Assembly: GCA_017859335.1 (NCBI GenBank)
Contig: JAFMNH010000002.1
Location: 1 to 58,903, forward strand
Length of the DNA stretch: 58,903 bases
Direction: 5' to 3'
From: Rhodothermales bacterium
Lineage (GTDB): Bacteria; Bacteroidota; Rhodothermia; Rhodothermales; UBA10348
Shown here: one piece after another, positions 18,833 to 28,368 of the stretch
Numbering within the stretch: position 1 is the first letter of the stretch
Layout of the letters: every line of letters starts with the position of its first letter
Notes under the pieces: generated by a model
What the model was told of the DNA's origin: nothing
Seen by the model: the letters and a program-made list of their open reading frames with translations, nothing else
The model's database searches: none
Position numbers and translations under genes: made by a program

Positions 18833-19627
18833 ATGAACGAACCGATACATCCCATGACGTTTCCTATTCCACGCGGCCCCTTGATGGGCGCTCTCTTGTT
18901 GATGATCTCCATACTGCCGGTGCACGCCCAACAGCGTGCCCATGAGACCGTTGTTGACATTGCAGCAGGCAATGAGCAGTTCTCTATCCTGACAGCGGCT
19001 GTGAAGGCAGCCGGATTGGTGGAGACATTGGGTGGCGAAGGCCCCTTTACGGTCTTCGCTCCGACGGACGACGCGTTTTCGGCCCTACCGGCTGGGACGG
19101 TTGACCATCTCCTGAAGCCCGAGAACCGGGATCAACTGGTGTCCATTCTGACCTATCATGTCGTGCCCGGACGGATCAAAGCGTCTGACCTTCTTGGAGC
19201 ATTCAGCGCCGAAACGGTGAATGGGCAAGCTGTTCCGATTGGACTACGGGTCGGCGAGGCCAACGTCATTGCTACCGACATCGAAGCCAGCAACGGGGTC
19301 ATCCATGTTATTGATGCCGTGCTGTTGCCCCCGGAGCCAACGGCATCAACCAAAGCGATGCGCATGATTGACGGAGCCATCGAACGAGGTGTCATGCTCT
19401 ATAACAGTGGCCAGGCCGCAGCCTGCGCCGCAGTGTACGAGGTGGCGGCGAGTGCCATCCTGATGTACGAAGAGAATCTGCCCACGCGGGCACGAATGGC
19501 TCTTCGCCAAGCAATGAAGGACTCCGCCCGGATGGCCAGTGCCGACGATCGGGCTTGGGCCATGCGCCGAGGACTGGATCAGGCTGCGATGGTCCTCGTG
19601 GCATCAACGCACCGCAAAGAGGGGTAG
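18833..19627 (+). CDS. fasciclin (FAS1) domain protein with extra helical C-terminal domain
   Basis: Start uncertain (ATG 18833, 18854 or 18884). Signal is LMGALLLMISILPVHAQ. FAS1 blocks are FTVFAPTDDAF and GVIHVIDAVLLP. Confidence 0.75.
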   Translation: MNEPIHPMTFPIPRGPLMGALLLMISILPVHAQQRAHETVVDIAAGNEQFSILTAAVKAAGLVETLGGEGPFTVFAPTDDAFSALPAGTVDHLLKPENRDQLVSILTYHVVPGRIKASDLLGAFSAETVNGQAVPIGLRVGEANVIATDIEASNGVIHVIDAVLLPPEPTASTKAMRMIDGAIERGVMLYNSGQAAACAAVYEVAASAILMYEENLPTRARMALRQAMKDSARMASADDRAWAMRRGLDQAAMVLVASTHRKEG

Positions 19628-19646
19628 GGTACGCATTGATCGTGCG

Positions 19647-19683
19647 CCTTTGGGGGGCTGACCAGCGGTCAGCCCCCCAAAGG
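19647..19683 (+). terminator. long perfect hairpin after the fasciclin gene (terminator-like, no T-tract)
   Basis: CCTTTGGGGGGCTGAC-CAGCG-GTCAGCCCCCCAAAGG begins 20 nt after the stop at 19627. Confidence 0.5.
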
Positions 19684-19758
19684 ATCGAACCCGAGACATA
19701 GTCGTTCGACGGCGCGTTCCTTGGAACAGAACCCGCCAACCAATCCGGTCATTCCTTC

Positions 19759-22113
19759 ATGCGAGCCTTATTGCGTACTGGCCTTCTGCTGTCTGCCCTC
19801 TGGATTCCCCTTACCCTTCACGCACAGACTTTCAGTGGCGCTTCCCAGCAGATTGATGTGGCCATCCCACGCTTTGACGAGGGCAGCATCGAATTGGATG
19901 GTGCCCTTACGGATGCCATCTGGGAGCGCGCCGCCCGCCTGACGGACTTCTCGCAGTATCAGCCAGTGGATGGACGCGCCGCGTCGGATCCTACGGAGGT
20001 CCTCGTTTGGTACGCCGCAGATGCCATCTATTTTGGCATCCGTGCGACGGAGCTTCATGGAGACGTGGTTCGTGCCACACAGGCCAACCGGGACAACATC
20101 GCCTCGGAGGACCATGTCCAGATTCTGCTCGATACGCAGAACGACAACCGGATCGGGTACCTGTTCGGCGTGAACCCGCTGGGTGTTCAACAGGACGGTA
20201 CGCGCTCGGACCAGTTCGGGGGCGGGGCTGGCGGTCGGTCCGCTACAGGTGGCGGATCGCGCAACATCAACCCGCTTGATGGCAGTGTGGATCTGAACCC
20301 CGATTACGCGTTCGATTCGGCGGGTCGCCTGACGGCCAATGGGTATGAAGTTGAAATCCGCATTCCGTTCAAGAGTTTGCGCTACCAGGATGCAGACGTC
20401 CAGGATTGGGGGATCCACGTGCTTCGCCGTGTTCAGCATTCGGGTTTTCAGGACACCTGGGTGCCTGCCGTCAGGGCCAACGCATCCTTCCTGGCCCAGT
20501 CGGGCACCTTGTCCGGCCTGAGGGACATAAGTCGGGGTCTCGTGCTTGATGTGACCCCGACCCTGACCAGCGCCTTCAACGGCGCCCAGAATACCGCCGG
20601 CGACTGGGAGTATGCCGACGATACACAGGTTGGCGGTGACGTGAAGTGGGGTATCCGGCAGAACCTGGTTCTCAATGGCACCATCAACCCGGATTTTTCC
20701 CAAGTTGAAGCCGACGTCGGGCAGGTAGTGCTCAACGAGCGTTTCGCCCTCTTCTTCCCTGACAAACGGCCGTTCTTCCTGGAGGGTATCGAGCTCTTCG
20801 ATACGCCGGGACAGATGATCTATACGCGCCGGATCGTGGCACCTGTGGCCGGGACCAAAGTCACCGGGAAAGTGGGGAAACTGAATGTGGCCTCCATCCT
20901 TGCGGCTGATGACGAGGCGTTTTCAGCCTCCGGATCCGACAATCCGCTTTTTGGCGTGGTGCGCCTGCGTCGCGATCTGAGCGGCAACAACACGGCCGGT
21001 GCCGTGCTCACGACCCGTGAGGATGGCGACCAATACTCCCGTCTCATGGGCGGGGATGCCCGTTTCTATCACGGGGGCAAGTATTTCGTGGAAGGACAAG
21101 TGGTCGGTTCATGGACCGATCGGGGCAGTGGCACCCTCGGGGGCAGCTTCTCCAACCTGACGTGGGACCGGACGGGTCGGCGATGGGGATTCAACTACTC
21201 ACTCAACGCGGTTTCGCCTGATTTTGAGGCGGCAGCCGGTTTTGTCAATCGCACGGACATCATCAGCGCCAGAGCTTTCAATCGCCTGTCCTTCTATGGT
21301 GAGGAAGGAGCCCTGGTGGAAACCATCGGTGGATTCGGCGGGGTATCCCGCATCTGGCAGTATGAAGACACCGGGCGCGGACCGATCGAAGGGGGCGAGT
21401 CCCTGTTTCCGTCGGCTACGTTGCGGGGTGGATGGCGCTTGAGCGGCTCCCTGAATCGCAACTTCTTCTCATACAATCCGGCCACCTACAGCGGATACGA
21501 TGTGGTGGCCTCAGCGGGCGCCACAACATCGGACGTATTTGTCATCCCCGAGAGGGAGACCAATCAGTGGAGCGGTTCGCTGGGCGTGACGACGCCTACG
21601 TACCGACTTTTTACGCTCTCCCTTTCCAGTACATTTGGGCAGACTCCCATCTTTGCCGAGGCCTCCCCGGGATACGGCTCGAGTTACTCTGTCGTGCTGG
21701 ATGCCCGCCCGACACAGGCCATTCGAGCCTCCTTCCAGATGCAGCACTACACGCTCAACAGGAAGGTGGACGATTCGCAATTTTCACGCGAGATCATTCC
21801 GCGAGTCAAGGTTGAATACCAGCTGACGCCGGATATCTTTTTCCGGGTGATTGGTCAATATGCTTCCCGTGAGCGCTCGGCGCTCAAGGACCGCAATGGC
21901 AATCTGATCCGCATCGACGGCAATCTGACATCGGATTCCGAGTTGAATGACCTGCGCATGGACTGGCTCTTCAGCTACCGTCCGAATCCGGGCACCCTGC
22001 TCTACCTGGGCTACGGGTCCACGATGGAAGACGCAGGGCAGCGCCGCTTCGAAAACCTGCAGCGCCTCAACGACGGGTTCTTCCTGAAGCTGAGTTACCT
22101 GTTCAAGGCCTGA
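19759..22113 (+). CDS. outer-membrane protein, CBM9-like N-terminal domain plus DUF5916-type beta-barrel
   Basis: 784 aa. Signal peptide MRALLRTGLLLSALWIPLTLHAQ. Alternating beta-strand-like sequence throughout, with C-terminal FFLKLSYLFKA. Family call is from memory of similar Bacteroidota proteins. Confidence 0.55.
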   Translation: MRALLRTGLLLSALWIPLTLHAQTFSGASQQIDVAIPRFDEGSIELDGALTDAIWERAARLTDFSQYQPVDGRAASDPTEVLVWYAADAIYFGIRATELHGDVVRATQANRDNIASEDHVQILLDTQNDNRIGYLFGVNPLGVQQDGTRSDQFGGGAGGRSATGGGSRNINPLDGSVDLNPDYAFDSAGRLTANGYEVEIRIPFKSLRYQDADVQDWGIHVLRRVQHSGFQDTWVPAVRANASFLAQSGTLSGLRDISRGLVLDVTPTLTSAFNGAQNTAGDWEYADDTQVGGDVKWGIRQNLVLNGTINPDFSQVEADVGQVVLNERFALFFPDKRPFFLEGIELFDTPGQMIYTRRIVAPVAGTKVTGKVGKLNVASILAADDEAFSASGSDNPLFGVVRLRRDLSGNNTAGAVLTTREDGDQYSRLMGGDARFYHGGKYFVEGQVVGSWTDRGSGTLGGSFSNLTWDRTGRRWGFNYSLNAVSPDFEAAAGFVNRTDIISARAFNRLSFYGEEGALVETIGGFGGVSRIWQYEDTGRGPIEGGESLFPSATLRGGWRLSGSLNRNFFSYNPATYSGYDVVASAGATTSDVFVIPERETNQWSGSLGVTTPTYRLFTLSLSSTFGQTPIFAEASPGYGSSYSVVLDARPTQAIRASFQMQHYTLNRKVDDSQFSREIIPRVKVEYQLTPDIFFRVIGQYASRERSALKDRNGNLIRIDGNLTSDSELNDLRMDWLFSYRPNPGTLLYLGYGSTMEDAGQRRFENLQRLNDGFFLKLSYLFKA

Positions 22114-22143
22114 GCGTCAGGCCCCTCTCAGCAGCTTCTTGGA

Positions 22144-23673
22144 TCAGACCGTATCCCTCAACGAGGCAGGAGAAACAGCCAGAAGGCGAGTACCCACAAG
22201 CGTGAAGCAGGCTATCAGGACGCCCTCCATGTACCAGACCTGGAGGTGGGGGACCATTTTCCAGGTTGCGAACAGCCCCAGGGCAATCAGAAAAGACATC
22301 CCGATGCGCGGCCAGGCGTAGGGCACGGGATACTCACGACGCACGAGCAAAAGCAGGGTGAGGGCCATGACCGCATAGGCCGCAGATGTGGCCGTTGCGG
22401 CAGCCCACATACCCTGTGACGGCACGAGTGCGGCATTGACGAGGAGCGCCACGAGGCTGCCTGCCAGCGTGGCGTGGAGGAAGTATTTGGATAGCCCCCT
22501 GATGTAGGCGCCCGCAGAAAAGTGGTAGTACCAGCCCTGGAAGACATATCCGAGGAGGGCTACGGGGATGATCGAAAGTCCCATCCAGTAGGACGAGGCA
22601 ACAAGCGTACGACCTCCGGGAAGGGGCAGCGCGACCAGTTCATCTGCAAAGAAGGACACAGCGAGGAATGCCGTCATCAGGACGAGGGACAGCAGACGGA
22701 AGACGCTGCCATAGAGGGCAGGTGCATCATCATCGTTCTGATGCTGCAGGAAGAAGGGCTGCCAGGCGTAGCGGAACATCTGTACAAAGAGGGCCATGAG
22801 GACAGCCAGTTTGATGATGCCGCCATAGACGCCGACCACGTGCTCGGTGAAGACCTGGTCTCCATATTCCATGGCGCGGGCATGGAGTTCTGGATGGGAC
22901 TCCGGCGTGAGATCGTAGAGCGTAACGGCTCGCAGGGGCTCCATCAGGTCCAGGAAAAACAGGTTGATGCGCTCCGTGACGGCGTAGCCGATACCGCCGG
23001 GCACAAAAGGCAAACCGAAGCGGAGCAATTTGCTCCAGAGCGCGCCGTCGGGACGTCCGAATCGTCCGGTCAGAGTCGGAAGCAGCAGGCCAAGCGACAC
23101 GGCTGAAGCCACGACATTGGCCATGAGTACAGCGCGTACTCCCCATTCCAAGCCAAAGATGAACCACACGTTCAGGCCCACATTCACGGCAACATTCGCC
23201 AGACGGATGCCGGCAAAAGTCCACGGTTTATTGCGTAGGCGAAGGTCTGCAAAGGGTACGATGGCCAGTGCATCCAGGAGCAGGATCCACCCCCCAAGCA
23301 TCAGGAGATCCGCGTAGCGGGCGTCCAGCTGGATCAAGTCCGATACCGGCCCGGGCAATAGCCAGATGATGGCGCTGATGACCAGGCCGACCGATGAAAT
23401 CGACACCACTGCGGTGCCAAAAGCCTGGCTTCGCCCCTGGTTCTCCTTGCGGTCAGTGGCAAATTTCAGATAGGCCGATTCCATCCCGTGCTGGTACAGG
23501 ATGTTGAAGAAGATGAATGCGGCGTAGAGGATGGCCACCGGTTGGTACACATCCGGTGGAAAGACCTGCGAGTAGAGCGGAAAAAGCAGGAAGTTGATCA
23601 GCCGACCGACCACGGACGAGATGCCGTAAACGGCCGTCTCGGAAACCAGTCTGCCGATACGTGATCCTGCCAT
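22144..23673 (-). CDS. MOP-superfamily polysaccharide/oligosaccharide flippase (Wzx-like)
   Basis: Trimmed to ATG 23673, 2 nt after the aroQ stop. About 12-14 hydrophobic segments. N-terminal AVYGISSVVGRLINFLLFPLYSQVF is typical of polysaccharide biosynthesis flippases. Confidence 0.7.
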   Translation of the reverse strand: MAGSRIGRLVSETAVYGISSVVGRLINFLLFPLYSQVFPPDVYQPVAILYAAFIFFNILYQHGMESAYLKFATDRKENQGRSQAFGTAVVSISSVGLVISAIIWLLPGPVSDLIQLDARYADLLMLGGWILLLDALAIVPFADLRLRNKPWTFAGIRLANVAVNVGLNVWFIFGLEWGVRAVLMANVVASAVSLGLLLPTLTGRFGRPDGALWSKLLRFGLPFVPGGIGYAVTERINLFFLDLMEPLRAVTLYDLTPESHPELHARAMEYGDQVFTEHVVGVYGGIIKLAVLMALFVQMFRYAWQPFFLQHQNDDDAPALYGSVFRLLSLVLMTAFLAVSFFADELVALPLPGGRTLVASSYWMGLSIIPVALLGYVFQGWYYHFSAGAYIRGLSKYFLHATLAGSLVALLVNAALVPSQGMWAAATATSAAYAVMALTLLLLVRREYPVPYAWPRIGMSFLIALGLFATWKMVPHLQVWYMEGVLIACFTLVGTRLLAVSPASLRDTV

Positions 23674-23675
23674 GA

Positions 23676-24095
23676 TTACGACTGGCGGGAGAGGAAGTAC
23701 TGCACGGCCAACGCGTAGCCCTCGATGCCCAATCCGCTGATGGATCCGACACACACGGCGGCTGTCAGGGACTGGTGACGGAAGGCCTCGCGCGCATGGA
23801 TGTTGGAGATGTGGACTTCGACGACCGGGGTGTCGATGGATGCAATGCCATCGCGAAGGGCCACGGAGGTATGGGTGAATCCTGCTCCATTGAGTACGAT
23901 GCCGTCCACATCTGCCTTTTGCAGGGCATCGATCAGATCGCCCTCCTGATTGCTCTGGAAGAAGGAGAAAGCGACCTGCGGAAATCTCTCCTGCAGACCC
24001 GTTTCGATACCAGCCAAGGTGGTATGACCGTAGACCTCGGGCTCACGCCTGCCAAGCATGTTCAGGTTGGGACCGTTCAAGACCAGGATGCGCAC
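23676..24095 (-). CDS. aroQ: type II 3-dehydroquinate dehydratase
   Basis: 139 aa. MRILVLNGPNLNMLGRREPEVYG and NGAGFTHTSVALRD..HISN motifs. Confidence 0.92.
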   Translation of the reverse strand: MRILVLNGPNLNMLGRREPEVYGHTTLAGIETGLQERFPQVAFSFFQSNQEGDLIDALQKADVDGIVLNGAGFTHTSVALRDGIASIDTPVVEVHISNIHAREAFRHQSLTAAVCVGSISGLGIEGYALAVQYFLSRQS

Positions 24096-24304
24096 AGAAA
24101 GGACCGGTTGGTGAGATGGGAGTAGACGTGTACTGTACGATGAAAATAGAGGTATGTGCTCCAGAATGAAAAGGGCGTCCGCAGGTTCGTCTCTAGTGTG
24201 AAGGCATCCGCCACAGAAATCCGTATGGATTGTATTTTGGTCTGCTCAGATACATAGAGGTGATGATGTGCCTGATCGCTTGTCGTTGCCACCCCACCAT
24301 CGTA

Positions 24305-24319
24305 CCACATGGCATGTGG
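24305..24319. promoter_or_regulatory. 7-1-7 inverted repeat, candidate operator
   Basis: CCACATG-G-CATGTGG, with perfect arms, 66 nt upstream of the HTH gene start in the AT-richer aroQ/HTH divergent spacer. Confidence 0.3.
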
Positions 24320-24384
24320 AAAGCCGTATCCGTCACGCGGAGCGGTAAGAGAAATGGCTGGATGTCGTCAGCCCCTCCCTACTC

Positions 24385-25023
24385 ATGGCCGAAATCTACT
24401 TTTCGCTGAAAGACGCTGCCGAGCAACTGGGTGTGCATCCGGTCACACTCAGGCGATGGGCTGAGAGCGGAAAGATTCAGGTTGTCCGCACACCGGGAGG
24501 GCACCGGAGATTTCCATCTTCTGAAATAGAACGTATCCGGCAGGGTGCCTCTGAAGTGGCAGCGGAATCGCTGGGGGAGGAGTTGCAGGAAAAGGCACTC
24601 TCGTACACCAGGGAGGATATCTCCCAGCATGAGGCCTCCTGGATTTCAAATGCATCTGAAGAAGAGAGGCAGGAGAAGCGATTGCTGGGCCGCCGCCTGA
24701 TGGGTCTGATGATCCAGTATGTGGGTGCCAACGACGGAGAGGGTGAGGACGTGCTTGACGAGGCCAGGACGATTGCCCGGCTCTATGCCAAGGGCGTTGT
24801 CATGAGCGGCCTTCCTTTGCAAGAAGCTCTCAAAGCAGTCAACTTTTTCAGGGATCACATTCTCGAGTCAGCCGTGGTACTCCCTGAAGCTGCCAGACGA
24901 CATCCGGAAGCCAATCAGCGCATGTTCAGGCGGCTGAACACCTTCCTCAACGAGGTTCAGCTTCAGATAGCGGACTGTTACGATGTAACCGATCGCGCTA
25001 CGCAGCACGAAACAGAAGACTGA
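24385..25023 (+). CDS. MerR/excisionase-type HTH DNA-binding protein with unknown helical C-terminal domain
   Basis: 212 aa. The N-terminal LKDAAEQLGVHPVTLRRWAESGKIQVVRTPGGHRRF is a classic excisionase/MerR-like HTH. The C-terminal ~150 aa are unassigned and show no B12-binding DxHxxG. Confidence 0.65.
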   Translation: MAEIYFSLKDAAEQLGVHPVTLRRWAESGKIQVVRTPGGHRRFPSSEIERIRQGASEVAAESLGEELQEKALSYTREDISQHEASWISNASEEERQEKRLLGRRLMGLMIQYVGANDGEGEDVLDEARTIARLYAKGVVMSGLPLQEALKAVNFFRDHILESAVVLPEAARRHPEANQRMFRRLNTFLNEVQLQIADCYDVTDRATQHETED

Positions 25024-25050
25024 GCGCAACCGGGCCAAGGAGCCTGTGTC

Positions 25051-26190
25051 ATGAGCAAGAAAGGAAAAGTACTGGTCGCCATGAGTGGCGGCGTGGATTC
25101 ATCTGTTGCCGCCGTGCTTCTAAAGGAGCAGGGATATGACGTGGTGGGTATTACCATGAAAACATGGGATTACCAGGGCAGTGGTGGCCGCACGGGTAAG
25201 GAAGTGGGTTGCTGCACGCTCGAATCCATGAATGATGCCCGCGCCATCGGCATCAAGCACGACTTCCCGCACTTCATCGTGGACATCCGACAGGAGTTCG
25301 GGGACTGGGTCATCGAGCGCTTCACCGAAGAATACATGGCTGGCAGGACGCCCAATCCGTGTGTCCTGTGCAACACCCACATCAAGTGGGAATCCCTGAT
25401 GCGCCGTGCCGATGACCTCGGATGCGAGTTCATTGCCACGGGGCACTATGCCCGCTTGCGTCACGACCAGGAAAGCGGCAGGCACATCCTGTCAAAGGGC
25501 CTGGATCACAATAAGGATCAGAGCTATGCCCTATGGGGCGTATCACAGGAGAACCTGGCCCGCACGATTTTCCCGCTCGGCAATCTGACCAAACCGCGCA
25601 TTCGGGAGATGGCCTCCGAGTTCGGTCTGGACGAGGTGGCCGACAAGCCGGACTCCTACGAGATCTGCTTCGTGCCGGACAACAACTATCGCCGATTCCT
25701 CAAGGATCGGGTTCCTGACATGGATCAGAAAGCCGGACCCGGGAAGTTTCTGCTCTCGGACGGCACGGTGATGGGAGAGCATGAGGGATACCCGTTCTAT
25801 ACCATCGGTCAGCGTCACGGCCTAGGACTGGCTGTCGGCGAGCCCATTTATGTGACGCGCATCGATGCGGAATCCAATACGGTGTGGGTGGGCCCGAAGG
25901 AAGAATTGCTTGGTCAGCGTCTTACCGCGGCGCAGATCAATCCCATCAAGTATGCCGATCTGACTGGTGAGCGGGACGCCGTGGGTAAGATCCGCTACAA
26001 GGATGAGGGCGCCCCGTGCGTGGCCTGGCAGGATGGAGCCACCCTGCATGTGCAGTTTGCTGCGCCTCGGCGTGCCATTACGCCCGGCCAGGCCATCGTT
26101 CTCTACGAGGGAGAAGATGTTCTGGGGGGTGCCTGGATCCAGAAAACGATCGATCCCAAGGAAGAGGTCAGGGCGCATGCGCGTGCGTGA
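25051..26190 (+). CDS. mnmA: tRNA 2-thiouridine(34) synthase
   Basis: 379 aa. PP-loop VLVAMSGGVDSSVAA, CNTHIKW and ATGHYAR blocks. Confidence 0.92.
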   Translation: MSKKGKVLVAMSGGVDSSVAAVLLKEQGYDVVGITMKTWDYQGSGGRTGKEVGCCTLESMNDARAIGIKHDFPHFIVDIRQEFGDWVIERFTEEYMAGRTPNPCVLCNTHIKWESLMRRADDLGCEFIATGHYARLRHDQESGRHILSKGLDHNKDQSYALWGVSQENLARTIFPLGNLTKPRIREMASEFGLDEVADKPDSYEICFVPDNNYRRFLKDRVPDMDQKAGPGKFLLSDGTVMGEHEGYPFYTIGQRHGLGLAVGEPIYVTRIDAESNTVWVGPKEELLGQRLTAAQINPIKYADLTGERDAVGKIRYKDEGAPCVAWQDGATLHVQFAAPRRAITPGQAIVLYEGEDVLGGAWIQKTIDPKEEVRAHARA

Positions 26191-26202
26191 CGAGGTCTCG
26201 AG

Positions 26203-27279
26203 TCACCGGATGTCATCCTGCCCCAGCGTGTTGTCTTTCCATCCAAGGCCCTTGCCCGATGGGATGCGCAAGCGCCCCTGATCGTCGAGCTGCACCACGG
26301 ATTCGAAAGGATCCTCGCGCAGGTCCAGATGACCATCGAGGTCGAGGAAGCGCACATTGGGGTGGGTTGCTCCGAAACTCAGGGCTGCCGCAATGGACAG
26401 AGCGGACTCGTCCATGCATCCCAGCATGGTACCCATGGCGTTTTTCCGGGCCGCCTGATCGATGCACTCGGCAGCGGCCAGTCCGCCCATCTTCTGAAGC
26501 TTGATGTTGATGAGGGCCACCGGGCCACAGGCAGCAATGCGTTCGACATCGCCCGCGGACTGCACGGATTCATCTGCCATGACGGGAATACGCGTCAGCT
26601 CGGCTGCCCGGCCGAGCTGACGCAGGTCATGCTTTGGCGTAGGCTGTTCCAGATAGGCCAGGTCCAGGGTGCTGGCTTGAGTGTCCAGACGCTCGATGGC
26701 ACCCAGATCATATCCCTGATTGGCGTCCAGCGCCATGCGGATATGCTTGCCAAAGGTTGCGCGTAGCGCATGGAGGCGTTCAAGGTCCAGTCCAACGTCA
26801 TGACCTCCTTTGATCTTGAAAAACCGGAATCCTGCCTCATAGAGGCGCCGTGCCCGATGCAGGGTGGATTCAATCCCGCTGATGCCGATGGTGATGGAGG
26901 TTTCAGCGGGAACGGCAGCGGCGTCTGATTTACCGAACAGACCTGCGACGGTGGTGCCCTGAACCCGCGCAAGGAGGTCGTGCCGGGCCATATCCACGGC
27001 AGCACGGGCTGATGGGGTCCGTTCCGCAGGCAACGGAAGCGTGTCCAGGTCAGATCCCGGAGCCCGCCGTGCGAACAGGTCCAGGGCCTGGCGCGATGCG
27101 TCAATGGATTCGCCCGTAACCTCGGGTGCGGGAGCGGCGCAGCCGATCCCGCACATCCCATCCGATAGGGTGATGACCACAAAATGGTTGGTTGCCTCCG
27201 AAATGGTCTCGTAGGCAATGGTGTAGGGCTCCTTGAGTGGGGCCTGAACGGTATGAACCGTAGCGGATGATACGGTCAT
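26203..27279 (-). CDS. enolase-superfamily dipeptide epimerase / N-acyl amino acid racemase-like
   Basis: 358 aa. MLE-subgroup blocks FKIKGG, ALDANQGY, YLEQP and VMADES. Confidence 0.75.
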   Translation of the reverse strand: MTVSSATVHTVQAPLKEPYTIAYETISEATNHFVVITLSDGMCGIGCAAPAPEVTGESIDASRQALDLFARRAPGSDLDTLPLPAERTPSARAAVDMARHDLLARVQGTTVAGLFGKSDAAAVPAETSITIGISGIESTLHRARRLYEAGFRFFKIKGGHDVGLDLERLHALRATFGKHIRMALDANQGYDLGAIERLDTQASTLDLAYLEQPTPKHDLRQLGRAAELTRIPVMADESVQSAGDVERIAACGPVALINIKLQKMGGLAAAECIDQAARKNAMGTMLGCMDESALSIAAALSFGATHPNVRFLDLDGHLDLREDPFESVVQLDDQGRLRIPSGKGLGWKDNTLGQDDIR

Positions 27280-28349
27280 GCGATCGGACTGCGGGTACGT
27301 AGGTGCGATGCAATGAGGTCGATGATCCGGCCTGCTCCTTCCCTGAATACATCAACGGCCGGCCGGCCGAACTGCGACTCGTACCGGGCGCAGGCCCTGA
27401 GTGCCTCTGCCTCCGACAGTCCTTTCGGGTTGATGGTCAGCGCGCTTACCCTACGATCCGAGAGTAGTTCGAGCGCATCGATTTGACGCTGCATGGGCGG
27501 CATGGGAAGGTCAGGGAAGCCATCGAATGTTTTCCGCGCGGGCACATCCTGCAACAGGATCAGGTCTGGCCTGACGGCTGCTACCAGTTCGAGCCCACCA
27601 GGGTAGGCTGGATGCAGCAACGCGCCCTGTCCTTCGACAACGACAACGTCTGGCCGGGCCTCTTTCCACGCCGTGCGAACGACATGTTCGATCTCTCCGG
27701 CCACGAAGTCGTTGACCAGGGTATCCAGTCGAATACTGAAGCGGGCCCCCTGCAGCCAGGCAGTCTGGCCTGTCCCGATCATTTCTGCCGTGTACCCTTT
27801 GCCACGTAGCGCATTCCTGAGCACCCAGGCTGTCGTCCGCTTGCCGGAGGCTGAATCGGTACCCAAGACCAAAACCCGAACAGCCTTCACCTCATCGATG
27901 CGTCCTTCGTAGAAATGCAGTTCAGAGCGAGGGGGCGGTTTGCGCACATCAACAAGCTGCACGCCATGCCTTGCAGCCAAGGGGGCAAACACGGGATCCT
28001 CGGAGAGGAACACATGCAAGCCGCAGTATACATCCATGCCATCCTCTATGGCCTCTCGTACGGCGCTGCGCGCATGATCTGGCAGCACGCCGCCATCTGT
28101 AGCAAGGCCCACGACAAAGGCTCCGCCGGAGGAAGGCATGCGCTCACGAGCGTCAGCGAGTGAGGCAACAATAGGAATGCCGGCTGGTGAGCCATCGAGG
28201 AAGGAACCGGCGTCCTGTCCTGCATAGACGGGATCCACGACGGCACGTACGTCAAATCGCTCCGTGAATCGAATCAGTCCATGGGCTGTCTTGCCACGTG
28301 TCGAATCCATGCACGTGGCGCAGTATACGATGGCCGGAATGGGTGTCAT
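27276..28349 (-). CDS. DUF1611 domain protein (DgcN-like)
   Basis: Trimmed to ATG 28349, since the longer ORF overlaps the upstream gene. P-loop-like VLVLGTDSASGKRTT. 4-nt overlap with the epimerase gene. Confidence 0.65.
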   Translation of the reverse strand: MTPIPAIVYCATCMDSTRGKTAHGLIRFTERFDVRAVVDPVYAGQDAGSFLDGSPAGIPIVASLADARERMPSSGGAFVVGLATDGGVLPDHARSAVREAIEDGMDVYCGLHVFLSEDPVFAPLAARHGVQLVDVRKPPPRSELHFYEGRIDEVKAVRVLVLGTDSASGKRTTAWVLRNALRGKGYTAEMIGTGQTAWLQGARFSIRLDTLVNDFVAGEIEHVVRTAWKEARPDVVVVEGQGALLHPAYPGGLELVAAVRPDLILLQDVPARKTFDGFPDLPMPPMQRQIDALELLSDRRVSALTINPKGLSEAEALRACARYESQFGRPAVDVFREGAGRIIDLIASHLRTRSPIA

Positions 28350-28368
28350 ACTCTCTGTTCGGGATCGA

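Noticed and set aside
19768-20703. 311-aa minus-strand ORF
   Set aside because: It lies entirely antisense to the 784-aa outer-membrane protein gene. Its composition is Arg/Gly/Pro-rich, typical of shadow ORFs in high-GC DNA, and it has no motifs.
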